DNA of 63,731 nt, the filler included, from Cercozoa sp. M6MM (Eukaryota; Protista; Endomyxa: Ascetosporea), in NCBI GenBank assembly GCA_040357565.1. It is 9 parts of 9 records of this genome, joined end to end, with 100 filler letters (N's around TTAATTAATTAA, not from the genome) between each part and the next. Parts side by side here need not be neighbours in the genome. Positions count along the whole stretch, not along the records: positions 28,153 to 37,224 come from JBDODJ010000495.1; positions 37,325 to 41,466 come from JBDODJ010001216.1; positions 41,567 to 43,531 come from JBDODJ010001872.1; positions 43,632 to 59,202 come from JBDODJ010000303.1; 5 more parts are not named here. One strand, 5' to 3'. The notes under the pieces were generated by a model that was given only the letters and a program-made list of their open reading frames with translations, made no database searches and was not told the origin of the DNA. Positions 31,201 through 43,689 of the stretch are shown here, one piece after another (the stretch's first letter is position 1; each line of letters begins with the position of its first letter). A program made the translations under genes and the position numbers.

Positions 31201-32907
31201 GACCTGGTCGTTGGTGTCGCAGAAACAAGTGCGAAAACTTGCGAAACTGGGCCGACTCGTCAAAAAGGCCAAACAACTGCAAAACGACGATGACTTCAAC
31301 GACACACTGCAGAATCTGCACTCTTATGCGAACAACTCGCGGGAGTTTGCTGCCTTGCTGCTTAATGTTGACCCAGCAAAGTCGGTGAGTCGACTCAGAT
31401 TTTCTTCTTTTTCACGCGATTGTTGGTTGTTGTGGCGTCGCTTTGTTTTCTGCTGTTTGCACTCAACTGTGTTTGCGCAGTATGACGATGCTCTAGGCCT
31501 GGTGTGCCTATTACCTCTGGCGGTGCAGCAAGAGCGCGACACTCAACGATGGCTGCTGCGTCGGCTTCTTTTGGACAAAACGATTTCTGTACGTTGGTTC
31601 GGTGTCTTTTTTTTTGTGTGTCGAATGATGCGTGTTGAGTTGTGTATAGAACAAGTGGCAACTGCTTCCGGTGCACTTGCGCGGCAGAAACGCCGACGAC
31701 TTTGCGGATGCAGTTGCTCTGGTGGTGACGTGCCAGTTGCAGAGGCAGCGGCGGCAAAGAGGCGTGCCTGACGAGCTTTCGTGGCAGTACATGCCGCGGA
31801 ACTTTGCACGCTGCGTGGGCGCACTCTTGCACGGTATCTGTGTCTTCTGTCAACCTCTTTCTTGTGTGTCCGCTTGATGTTGCCTCTTGGCACAGAGAGT
31901 GTTGAGTGGAGCGACCGGGCCATGGTGCGCATGATGCGCACGATGCTGCTCATTGAGCACGATCGGCCCGAGCTTCAGCCGCTGATGCTGCGTCTGGTGA
32001 CACTGCTCGCGCGCGTTCGTGTTGATCGAAAAGGCGACTCGGAGGCCACGCAGCTGCCCTACGAAACGCTGCTGCCAATGCTGCGTGCGCCATTCCTGTG
32101 TGCGTTATCTTTGTTTTTGTGTTTGGTTGTTGGTATGCGTGTGTTGTTGTTTGTTGCAGGGCGAAGGCAGAAAACCTCGTCGCTGGTGGCCATTGTGCTG
32201 GCGGCGATCGAGTGCGGAATACCGTTGGAGACGGCACTGACCGAGAGGCGGCAACTCGTGTCAAGTCTGTCGCTTGAGTCGCCGTTGCGCTCGTTCTTCG
32301 CCTCGTTCGGCATTTTGTTTTCCTTGTAAGCTTCTGTTCGTAGAGTTCTCGCTCCCTATGTGTTATGTGCTGTCTTTTTGTGCGAGCAGTCGCAAGGACG
32401 ATTTATCGGAAGAGAAGAACCTGCGTCCGGATTTCTTGGCCGATTTGGACGAGGATGTTCTCCTCGTGGACGAAGACTCGTACCCGCGACTCAAGCTTCG
32501 TAAATCTAATGTCTGTGCTCTGGAGTTATTTTTCTTGGCGTTTCTGATTTCTACGGCTTTTGCAGGTTCGCACGGCCTGGTCGCAAATGAGATCGATAAC
32601 ATTTTTACGGCCCGCAGTGTCGACGAGGTCGCCGGTAGGGACGCGCTCGTTGCCATGCTCGAACAGGAAGCTAGCTTTCCGCCTCCGCAGTGGTATCACT
32701 CGTCTGCCCCATCTGTATTGTATTGACATCGGTATACTTCTTGTGCTGTGCAGGGAAAAGCATATTCCACCAGTTCACTCTACGCCTTCGAAACATCACC
32801 GACGAAGACGTCTCGACATTGACCTAGAACTCGCAAAGATTGAGAAACAACTCGCCGCTGCAGATCTCGCGTCGGATTCGCCGGCGACGACGTTTGAGCC
32901 GGTGTAA
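28205..32907 (+). CDS. Large hypothetical helical protein, 5' truncated (may or may not continue the previous contig)
   Basis: Multi-exon + strand coding sequence ending ...SPATTFEPV-TAA at 32907. Confidence 0.5.
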
Positions 32908-33166
32908 ATTTAGCGTTGTGTTGCATTTGTGCTGCGTTTGCTGATTTAGAGCATTCAGTTCAGACTCAACTGAACTTTCACAACCCAATCAGTCGGGTCT
33001 GATGGACGACTCCCGGGAATAACTGCATTCGTTCAGTGTACTTTGATTGCGTGAATTAAGCGCAATGCCGATGCCGTTGCGCGTTGGCAGACATGGACAG
33101 TTGAGTGCCGTGCGATTTAAGTAAGGGATTGGTCTGCTGCGCAGTTTCGCGGCTCGGCCCGGTCAG

Positions 33167-34732
33167 TCACCCGACCTCTGACCCTCGGCCTGCGACCGTA
33201 TGATGACTCTCACAGCGCCAAGTCGCTGTCGGTCGACATCGTCCGCCAGGTCGTGTTGTTGGACATCGATAGATGGCGCATTGACGCTGTTTACCACTTG
33301 GATGGGAAGAGCACTGCGCAAACCCGCGAGCGAAAAAGGTCCCTTGTCTAAACCAACCCATATATCTGTTTCCCAGTTCAGACAAAGAACTCTTAATCTA
33401 GCAGTCAGTTTATATTACCGTTGATAAAAATGGAAGATCGCCTTCGTCGAATGCTCCTGTAGCGACGTCGCAAGTTGCGACACGTCAATACAAATGCGAT
33501 TATCAGAACAAGAGCACTTCCGCCGCACGTGATCACGGCAGCCACGAGGGCACCCGCCTTGAATCTTCCATGCGTGTAGCTCCAGTAGAGTTCGGCAAGA
33601 AGGTAGGCGAGCCTTCCGCCATGACATAAGGCGAACAGGTAGAGCAGACAGTTTCCTGAGATATTAAGTTAATGGGACGACGGTATTGTGCCGTCAGAGA
33701 ACTTTAGTTGAGATCCCAATACCTGCGCTAGAAATGGTAGCGAGTAGACTCAACGCCGACAACCCAATTGCAACGTCGAGGACGCCGATCACACCATCTG
33801 CATTGACAGCATACCCGCGGTTTAGGCTTGATCGTAAAGCAGACTCACAGATAAGCATAGACGAAGTTTGGCGCTGGTTTCTTGGATTCTGGCGTAAATT
33901 TATCTTGTCAGATTAATGTAGACAAAGGATATTATTATGACCCTGGAAATGGGAAACGGTACAAGGGCGTCGGTCACGTAAAAGGTACAAACTGCACCAA
34001 GTACGAAGACATTGAGTCAATGCGCAGAATAAAATTTGAGGTATGGTACTAAACATCCATCCGAGAATGCCAGAAAGAAGGGCGACCAAGAACCATCTTT
34101 GCGCAGGCGTGATGGCACTGCACACTCGCAACTGTTAGATCACTGCAAAAGGTGTGATGGCATTTAAACAGTGATCTCATGTGAGATTCTGTTTTTGTTA
34201 TCGTATCGATATTCATGAACACTGGGCCCTCAGAACGTATGTTGATCAAGTAGTGTCGGCAGTACCCTTGTCTGCCACAGCAGCCGCGTCTTGAGCAAGC
34301 AAACAAACTGAGAACCGCAAGACAGCAAAACCCACACTTTTCGGCCTTCGTCGCAGTTGTCTTCACCGAGTACCTGGAGAAAGAAAACCTTCCCAAGATT
34401 TCATCGAGACGCGAGTCTATTTACCGTGTCTTGCAAACGGTACACATGAGGGCATGATCATTCCTACTCATGACCATACGCAGCTCGTTTCTCAGACAGT
34501 CGTAGCAGATCCTTGTGCGACTAGAAATGAACAACTGACTTTCTCAGAAGGAACTGGAAATGGGGGAAAGGCACCACGCACATGCGCTGAAGTTCTGCTG
34601 TTCGGACACTGGCTCCAAGCAAATGCGACAAAGGTACTCTTCCTCCTCTTCTTCGTCTCCAAAGTCCTTCTTGTCGCTACTTTGACCGGATGTTGCAGAC
34701 TCACGGGCCTGCTCGGTACGGGCTTGTTTCAT
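33167..34732 (-). CDS. Degenerate RING-CH (RINGv/MARCH-like) membrane protein; 3' end uncertain
   Basis: Spliced YLCRICLEPV...SACARTRICYDCLRNEL...MCTVCKTRY, followed by hydrophobic segments (WFLVALLSGILGWMFS). Confidence 0.5.
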
Positions 34733-34957
34733 ACTGTACGGGCTTTGAACGGACACCAAATGCTGTGCCCATTAGCATCTATCTGCATTGGTGCTATCAC
34801 CGGCGGACTAGCTGTCAGCACATCAGTATTACAGTGGGAGAAACGCTGCCCTCGGCGGAAAGCAATCAAATCTTCGCGCACCAAGGAACTACTTTGAACT
34901 GGGTGGCTTAAGTGTATCGCTGTAACAACCGAACGGCCTCGCTAGCAACAAGGGCAC

Positions 34958-35683
34958 TTAGTTGGTCTCAGCGGCCTCGTTGTTGTAGTAACGGAGCTCG
35001 TACGACGCCTTGGAGTCGGCGATGACGCGCAGGTAGTCGCGGAGCTGGTTCTTCTTGAGGAACTTCTTGGTGTAGTACTTGAGCGAACGCTTGGAGAACT
35101 CGCCCTTGGCCTTGACGAGAACGTTGCTGCCCGAAGCCTCAACGGCAACGACATCACCGAGAGCACCGGCGACACCGTCGACCTTGATCTTCTGCTGCAG
35201 GTACTGCACGAGCTGGTCGACCTGGAGGAAGCTGTCGGCGACCGGCTTCTCGCACTTGATGGTGAACACCGTCTGCGACGACTTCTTGCTCTTCTGTCGA
35301 CACGCAAAGGCACAAACACGTAAGTGGACTTCAACGCGTTCAGAGAAGGGCACTCTGAGACAGCTCGTGCTGTGACCTGACGCCCGACCAGGAACACCAA
35401 CCCGGCCGCCCAGCACAACACAGCGAGAGAAAACACAACAGTCACACGCACGAGAACAAACTCGCTCGAGTGATCGAGTGCCGCTCGCAGGTGCGCTGGG
35501 CGATCGAGTGTGTGCTCCAAGCCGAGCCGGCCCACAGCAATCCAGAGAAGTGGCTCTGGTCGCGCTCGAAACAACCGAGACTCACACGATTCACCCCGCG
35601 CACCGCAGCGGGCGAAAATCGCTCACCCGGCGCCACGAGTCGTGTCATGCAATGCGTACAGGAAGGCGTACCTTGATGGCCAT
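34958..35683 (-). CDS. RPL22: 60S ribosomal protein eL22; exons 35672-35683 and 34958-35293
   Basis: MAIK/KSKKSSQTVFTIKCEKPVADSFL...KIKVDGVAGALG...FSKRSLKYYTKKFLKKNQLRDYLRVIA...YELRYYN; GT-AG intron 35294-35671. Confidence 0.95.
35340..35559 (-). promoter_or_regulatory. Two candidate eL22-binding hairpins in the RPL22 intron
   Basis: Transcript-sense CCAGAG-CCACUU-CUCUGG (35542-35559) and UCAGAG-UGCCCUU-CUCUGA (35340-35358). Confidence 0.45.
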
Positions 35684-35870
35684 TTTGGAGATTCAGCGAA
35701 ACACAAAAAAGTGGGTTGCGATTTTTTCTTGATTTTTTGAGTTCAACGCGCGGCGCTCTTTTGGTCCCGGAAAAACACTGATCGTGCCAAACATAAAACA
35801 AACCGCTGTGCGGGGTGAGTTCTAAAAGCGCGTGCAGAGTGCGTGTAGGTGTGTGCGCGTAATTTGCGTT

Positions 35871-37209
35871 ATGGGAAACAAGACGAAGCGTGAGGAGAAG
35901 CCAGAGGACGAGGTCGAGGAATCTTCGTCCTCGTCGGAGTCGGAGGAATCGGAGGACTCGAGCTCGTCTAGCGACGGCGAGAGCGACGACTCGGGTTCGG
36001 ACTCGTCGGAGGACGGTGCCTCTGACTCTGATGATGATAGTGACAGCAGCGACAGCGAGGATGACGACGGCGAGACTGTCGATACGTTGCGCGTCAACAA
36101 GACCTTTGAGCAGCAGTTCAATCAGGAGAAACGCCGCGAGGAACTCAAGCGCAAAAACAATCTTCTCGCCATCCGCGAGGAACAGGTACCGTTCACCCCC
36201 TTTACTCTCTTAGTTTCTAGCGTCTCTTACCCCCATTATCCTTTGCCCCTTTACCCCCACCCCCCCCCCCCCCCACCCCAGGAGATCCATTCGGACTCGG
36301 AGAGCGAGGACGAGGAGGCCGAACTTTTGAACGCGCAGCTTGATCGCGACATCCATGCTACTCTGGTAGTTTCACCCCTCACCCCTCTCATCCTTCGGCA
36401 TAACCCCCATTTACCCCCCCCCCCCTGAGCAGTTAGCGATCAAGAACAAGGACCCGCGCATCTACGACGCCAAGGCCGAGTTCTACCACGAGGCGCCTGC
36501 CGACGAGGACGACGAGAAACGCTCCGCGCGGAAGCAGCAGAAAAAGGAAAAGAACTGGCTTGTCGAGGCCATGATGCACGACGGTTCTGACGACACCGAG
36601 GTGCTTGACCCCCTCTTATCCCTTACCCACCCTGCGCCCCCCCCTTTACCCCCTACCCCAGATGGCCCCAGCGGCACGACGTCGGCGTGAGGAAGAGGCG
36701 GCGAAACGCGCCTTCCGACAGGCCGATGGCTCGGATGACAAGGACGACGATGAGGACGAGGACCTCTTCTCGGTCAAGATTGTCGGCGCTGCCCATGTAA
36801 GTGTTTACCTCCCTTTACCCCTACCTCTACCCTACCCTACCCCCCCCCGCCCCACTCCCAGGAGGACAAGGAGAAGCTCTGGGGCAGCGAGTTGGCCGAC
36901 TACTTTGAGTCCGACGAGGCGTTGGACGAGAAGGAGGCCTGGCTGAAGCACTTCTTCACGGAGGACCAGTGGCGCCGCGGACAGATGCTGCGCAAGGACC
37001 CGAAACTCGAGGGCGACGAGGACGAGGCGGCGCTTGGCGACCTCGAGGCCGAGGACGACTTTCTGCTGCGACAGAATCGTTTCGAGGCTGAGCACAACTT
37101 CCGCTTCCAGGTGTGTGTGTCTACCCTTACCCTCACCCCCTCCCCCTTTACCCCCCCCCTGCCGCAGGAAGAAGGCGGCGACGAGATTCAACGACACGCG
37201 CGCGATCAG
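35871..37209 (+). CDS. KRI1: KRI1 family 40S biogenesis protein, 3' truncated
   Basis: LRVNKTFEQQFNQEKRREEL, ESEDEEAELL...LAIKNKDPRIYD, EAWLKHFF...W and FEAEHNFRFQE match Kri1 conserved blocks. Confidence 0.85.
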
Positions 37210-37432
37210 GTTACCCCCCCCCCCNNNNNNNNNNNNNNNNNNNNNNNNNNNNNNNNNNNNNNNNNNNNTTAATTAATTAANNNNNNNNNNNNNNNNNNNN
37301 NNNNNNNNNNNNNNNNNNNNNNNNCAGGGGTGGGGGCTTAAGCGGGTTTAAAGGACTTAAGGGGGCTTAAAGGGGCTTAAGGGGCTTAGGTTAAAGGTGG
37401 TTAAGGGGCTGGCTTGAGGGGGGTAAAGAAAA

Positions 37433-40083
37433 CTACGCCGCTGCGTCAGCACAAAACTGTGTTCGGTCAGCACGTTCCGTGGCATTCGGGGCATGCCGAT
37501 ATACAACGTGTCCTGGGGGAGGGGGGGGGGGGGGGGGGGGTAAAGAGAGTGAGTGGGGGAGGAGATAAAGAGCAGGTAAAACCCGCATGACCGTTTGCGC
37601 GAATTCCCGCAGAGATTCCGTCAAAGTCTGTGTCACATGGGTAGGTGGTAAAGGGGGTATAGGAGGGGGGTAAAACACGACGGCACCGCAGTGAAGCACA
37701 GCGTGCGCCGATGTGGACTTGTATTTTTGGACTCCTCATTGATACGACTGCAGTCCAATCACTCCTTTAACAACAAAAACGCAACTTTAACAAAACAAAA
37801 AAAGAGGCTACAAAATATCTTTGCCGTGCGACATGTCCAGCATCACGTCCAGCTCGTCCATCACAAACTACCGTCGGGGGGGGGGGTAAAGGGGGTAAAG
37901 GGGGTAAAGGGGGTAGGGGATAGGGGTAAAGGAGGAGGGGTAGGGGTAAAGGAGGAGGGGTAGGGGGTAAGAGGGGGGGGGGTAAACAGGGGGGGGTAGA
38001 AACGCACCCAGCGGCAGTCCCGCAAAAAGACGCGATTGAACATCGACGTTTTTCGTTTCACGTGGTCCCACAGTCGGCCAGGGGTCGCCACCTGAGCACG
38101 TGGTCACTCCTGACCTGTCCGCGCGGACAGTTGAAACTACCAAAATGTCCGGCAGCGCGGCGAACGAGACGTCCAGGTCGCCCCGGCTCGTGCCGCCGTA
38201 GCTGCGCACACCGCTCGGCTCACTCAGAAAAAACAACAACAGCAACAACACCACAACAATGATACAAAAAACAACAACAACAAAAAACAACAAAAACAAC
38301 ACAAAAACACAAAAAACAACAACAACAACAACAAAACAACAACAACAACACAACACAAAAACAACAGCAACAACGAAAAACGAGAAAGAAAACAACAAGA
38401 CAACAAAAACAACAACAACAACAACAACAAGAAACACGCAAAAACAACAAGAGACAACAAGAGAAACGCACAGCAGCGAAACGCTAATGTTAGTGCCGTG
38501 ACACAGCATGGTGGCCATACGTGCCACCTGCTCCGCTAGCGAACGTGTTGGGACCGTTACTACCGCCTGTCGGGGGTGTGGGTAAAGGAGCGGTACAAGG
38601 GGGGGGGGTAAGGAAGGGGAGGTTCAAACTACAGTTGGGTACGTTTGGCCCCTCGAGTGAGATTTGTTTGTATCTCGTTCTGCAGGGTTGCTCAACAGGT
38701 CGGCAATGATCGGTACCAAGTACTGACCATGGGAGATAACAGGGGGTAAGGTAAGGTAAAGGGTAAGGTAAAGGGGTAAGATAAAGGGGTAAAGTAGAGG
38801 GGTAAAGTAGAGGGGTAAAGTAGAGGGGTAAGGTAAAGGAGTACGGTAAAGGAGTACAGTAAAGGGGTAAGGACAGGGGTAAGGTAAAGGGGGGTAAAGA
38901 GAAGAGATACGGCGCCAGACTTGCCACTGCCGGTGCAGGTTTCGACCATGACGTCCACTCTGCGCCACGTGCGCAGTGCCTCGACGCAGTACTTCTGCAC
39001 CGACAGAGGACGTCTCCACTGCAGTGGTCCCTCCAGATTGCGCAGCAGAGGTGCCACCGCCTGTCCCTCCGGCAACAGGTCGCGCCACTCGCTCGCCGGC
39101 CAACACTCTAGCGAATACTTGCCTTGCTTCACCTGCCCCGGGGTAGGGATAGGGGTAGGGATAGGATGTAGGGGTAGGGCAGGGGAAAAGAGGTAGAATA
39201 GGAGGTAGGTGGGGGGTAAGATACCACGAACTCCGTATCCAACTGTGACAGCACTTCCAACGCCTCTCCCGGTGTTACTAGTAGCTCCTGCAGAGGGAGT
39301 AATATTGGGGAGGGGGGGTAAAAGAGGGGAGTAAAATAAGGGGGTAAATAAGGGGTTAAAAGGCGGGCAATTGGTAAGAGGTAAGAGGGGGGTCAAAGGA
39401 GGAAACACCGGTTGCTGCGCCCGCTGTGCCAGCGAGCGCGTCATGAAACCCTCGGTTCGCTTGCCGGACAGCACGAGTCGCGTGACACCCGATGACTCGA
39501 TGACGGTGTCATCATCCGTACTGCATAGAGACACACACGTGCTTACTAGGTGGTCAGTTGGTGATCTGAGGTGGTCACTTGAGTGATAACTTGAGTGATC
39601 ACTTAAGTGGTCACTAGGGTCATCACACCGTCGAATGTGCGACGGCGGAGGACCCAGTGGCAGCGGGCGAGCCTGCGGCTGTTCTCGCTCCAGTTCTCGT
39701 CTCAGACACAGCACGAAACGGAAGCCACCTGTACACACGGTACAAATAAACCACTCTGTTCTACTGTACCGAACAACAGAACCACTGCGTACCATCAAAG
39801 TTGCATGCCTCCAAAAGTCTCTGCTGTGACAAGGCGCGCAGCTCAAACTGCGACGCCAAGCCACGCCTCTCCAGTTCCGACAGCACTGTCGCACAAACGA
39901 ATGCAACTACAGGTGCACTCAGTCCAGACGAGTGATCACCCCAAGTACCCCTCGAAACGTCGTCTCCGGAGAAGCTGCTCGTGACAACGCGCCTCACGAA
40001 TTCATCCGTTCTCTACGCCAAAAGAACCAAGCTCAATCATTCATTCTGGGCCACCAATTTACGACTGTACACTGTACCCACAT
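37433..40083 (-). CDS. DEAD-box RNA helicase with variant motifs, 3' truncated
   Basis: Q motif PLSVQ, motif I TGSGKS, Ia PTRSLAEQV, Ib ATPGRLWD, II DELD, III FTA/T after splicing; probable start MW/RTDEF at 40083. Confidence 0.8.
38228..38461. repeat. Degenerate (CAA)n microsatellite, intronic
   Basis: Seen directly in the sequence. Confidence 0.9.
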
Positions 40084-40271
40084 GTGCCGATCGCGTCACA
40101 CGAAACTCAAACAGTCTTAATAGCCCTAGGAGCACCAAGTTTGACTCCGATTGTTGTGGTCAACGCAGACTTAATCACAAGCCCTGTTGACCAGCTTGTC
40201 GTTTCTGGGCCTTCTAGACGAAAATCAGAAGGCTGACGTGCTTCCAAGTGTAGTAACACATACTCGCTTAC

Positions 40272-41018
40272 ATGCATGAGTTTCGGCATGAAGGACGGCT
40301 CATTTACAAGTGGGAACAGGTACCTCCGGACGTTCTCAGCATGCTTTCCCCTCCTCTTACCGACCGATTGTTGCCCCTTCACAGTCACTGGATGAGGTGA
40401 TGGTGTACTTTGTGCCGCCGCCACAAGTAACAGCGTCTCAGTTCGACATTCGCATCGAGCGGCATTCACTGGTACGTTGAGTGTTCCTCCCGCCTCCTGC
40501 CGAGGCCCGTCCCCTACCCTGTGTGAACTTATCCGCACAGTCAGTGGGCTTGAAAGGAGCGGCGCCTTTTTTGCGGCACGCGCTGATGCATGCAGTCGAC
40601 GTGGACGACTCCACATGGACACTCGACGACGGCGAACTGTATTGCCTTTCCCTTTGGTTGCCTTTCATGTGCGTCTTTATTCTGTGCTCTCAGCTGCATT
40701 ACGCTGGCCAAGGCCAAGGCAGGCGTCACATGGAATGCTGTTTTCCCAGCTCACATGCAGGTAGCATATTCATGGGTTGTGAGATTATTCCGTTCAGTTG
40801 CCTTTTTGAATTTCAAAGGAAGAACAAATTGAGGACAAGAAACAGATTCTGCGCGAACGCTTGCAGCTAGAGCACCCGGTAAAGCACCATTTGAGACAGC
40901 ACCTCACTTTTGCTGTATTTCCCTCCAACAGGGTTTCGACTTCCGCAACGCCGACATCACTGGCACGGTGCCTGACGCGTCAAGCTTTCTCGGCGGTTTT
41001 GATCCCAAGCGTCATTGA
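40272..41018 (+). CDS. NUDCD2: NudC domain-containing protein 2 (CS/p23 domain co-chaperone)
   Basis: Six exons splice to MHEFRHEGRLIYKWEQSLDEV...VDDSTWTLDDGELCITLAK...KKQILRERLQLEHPGFDFRNADITGTVPDASSFLGG. Confidence 0.88.
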
Positions 41019-41312
41019 ACCACCGGCTGACACAAAAGCACTTACATACTGTAGCATGTCAGATTGTACATTATGAGCCCATGTTTTCCGGCTCGCAAAA
41101 AGTCAACTCGAAACCTTGAGCTTACAGTAGAGTATTTTACTTGATTGAAGTCTGCAGCTGCGTGCAAATATGCTTGCTATCGCTGGCAGGCGTTTAGTGT
41201 ACGCCAAAAATGTGCACAGGTGGTTTCGAATTTTTTTCGCGGATTGTTTCGATGGTCGCTGATCTTTTTTTGTCTACTTCGCAGAGGTGCACGCGCCGTG
41301 TTTGCGGCACAA

Positions 41313-41427
41313 ATGCGACCGACAGCACAGTCGAAAGTCGTTGAAGCGGAAGAGAGCGCGCAAGAAGCGACGCAGCTTGTGAAGCAGGCGCGTCAGACTG
41401 CGCTGGTGCAGGCCATGCGGAATGAGG
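41313..41427 (+). CDS. First exon of an unidentified gene, truncated by contig end
   Basis: MRPTAQSKVVEAEESAQEATQLVKQARQTALVQAMRNE followed by a GT donor. Confidence 0.35.
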
Positions 41428-41566
41428 TATTGTTGGGGGCAGAGGGGTTAAAAGGGGGGGGGGGGGNNNNNNNNNNNNNNNNNNNNNNNNNNNNNNNNNN
41501 NNNNNNNNNNTTAATTAATTAANNNNNNNNNNNNNNNNNNNNNNNNNNNNNNNNNNNNNNNNNNNN

Positions 41567-41613
<47 letters not shown>

Positions 41614-41615
<2 letters not shown>

Positions 41616-41952
41616 CACGTTGGATGGCAGCCTCCAGCACCGACAGCAGTTCGACCAGATGCGGTTTCGACACCTTCCAATCGCTGCTGCAGAGTTCCTT
41701 CCTGCGACACAAACACGCACACGGTCACAAGTTGTCACCTTACACATAGTGACACGTCCACGCGGAAGGTAATTAGCTACCACTCGGGAGGCTTGTATTC
41801 GGACAGCGGGTCGATCTCGGCCAGACCAAGTGCGGCCAGGTGGTTTGTCGCATCGCCTCCACCGGTGGCTACACACAAATAGCCTTACCGAAGGGTGCCG
41901 AGGTATCGCTTGACTCCATAGTAGACACAGGACATCTGCAGACACACCAGAG

Positions 41953-41988
<36 letters not shown>

Positions 41989-42735
41989 CACATTTCGTCG
42001 TGCTTGAGCGGCTTCATCGGCACGAACTCCTGCAGCGGCATGTTGTCGTACTTGTCCAGTGTCTCCTGCAGCTCCTGTTTCACACACGCATGCACATGCA
42101 CACAAATACATGCACATACACGCATACGTAAACATGCAGAGATATACGCACACTACCTTGACCTGAGCCGTGCGCAGTTTGAGCTTGTCGAAGTGATCGC
42201 GAAAGATAGGACCGACAAAGTCGAACATGGCCACGATGAGCTGCTTGCCGGCGTCGCGCGTTTTGTTGCAGCCCGAGTTGCATGCTGCCGCCAGACTGGG
42301 GGCTGCATACACACCATTATACATAATCGGACTACTTCCATGCACGCATGGATACACGAATATATGCATCCATGCAGACATGCATACATACACACAGATA
42401 TACATACGTATAAAAAGCAACGAGACTGGTACCCAGTGCAGCCACCGAGACGCACCGGAGACCGTAGTTTCGCAGCACACGCAGCACCAACTCCGACGTC
42501 GGCGCCGACACCTTGCTCTTGCGGTCGCCAAAGCCTTTGCACAGTGCCTGCCAAGCACACAAACACGAGGGAGGGTATACAGGTAGATGCTATACCAGAA
42601 TACATCACACAGGCATGAGTGTGTCTATACTTGAGTCCACGCGTCCAGTGCCTTAGAGTTCGCAGCTGCCTGACGCGAGCCTGCCTCGGCAAAGACCTCG
42701 GCTAGGCACAGACAGGGGAGTACGGAGGTCACTTG

Positions 42736-42772
<37 letters not shown>

Positions 42773-43531
42773 ACGTGGGCCTACCTGCTTCCAGTGCGTC
42801 CCGGGCAGCCCGACCGCCGAGACACTTGCCCTGCACAAACACCGACCATACGTCCCAACGCACCACTACTTCTCCAGACAAACGGTACCACAAGGTCAGA
42901 GAAAAGCCTCAGCACTCGCTTGGCGCTCTCGTCACCCTGACGGAACAAGTAGTCATCGTCCGCGCGGAACCTGCATACCGATGTGTGTTTGACTAGTACA
43001 CAGACAACAGAAGGGGAAGAGATAAACGCACCAGTCGCTCAGTGCCATCAGCGCGGCACGCAGCGGCTTGAAGATGCGCTCGCTCTTTGGCGCACTCAGC
43101 AGAGCCTCGCGGTACGGAACTGCTGCCGCCGCTGTGGCACATGGATAACATGGGGGATACGGCATGGGGGACATGGGGGGGGGGGGGTAAGATAAAAGGT
43201 ACCGCCGCCTTGACGAATCTGCTGCGCCATGATTTCGTAGCCTCTCTCGCGGTAGCGCCACTTGGCTGCAGACACACAGACAAAGAATCCAACAGGGGAC
43301 AGGAACAGGAACAGGAACAGGGACAGGGACAAGGACGACAGGGGAAGGGACAGAGGACAGGAGAGTACCCTTGTTGGTGATGAGTTCCAATGGCGGCAGG
43401 TCGGGTATCTCCTCTTCCTCCGGGTCAGCGGCACCAGGAGGTAGCATTTTGGACAGGTCCGGCTCAGCAGACGGCGCAGCTGCCTGTGTGGACGCCGGTT
43501 TGGACTTGGGCTTGGACTGGGCAGCGACGGC
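41614..43531 (-). CDS. XMAP215/ch-TOG/Stu2 family TOG-domain protein fragment (both ends truncated)
   Basis: KGFGDRKSKV...LRNYG, KTRDAGKQLIVAMFDFVG...LRTAQ/ELQE and SSDWK resemble TOG1 HEAT repeats and the start of TOG2. Confidence 0.65.
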
Positions 43532-43689
43532 NNNNNNNNNNNNNNNNNNNNNNNNNNNNNNNNNNNNNNNNNNNNTTAATTAATTAANNNNNNNNNNNNN
43601 NNNNNNNNNNNNNNNNNNNNNNNNNNNNNNNGTGTGTGTGTGTGTATGAATACTGGTTCCATTAATTTGATCCGTACACGATGTTCCAG

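Noticed and set aside
38692-39906. 404-aa ORF with a transit-peptide-like start
   Set aside because: It starts at TTG inside an intron and reads through introns; the spliced model starts at 40083.
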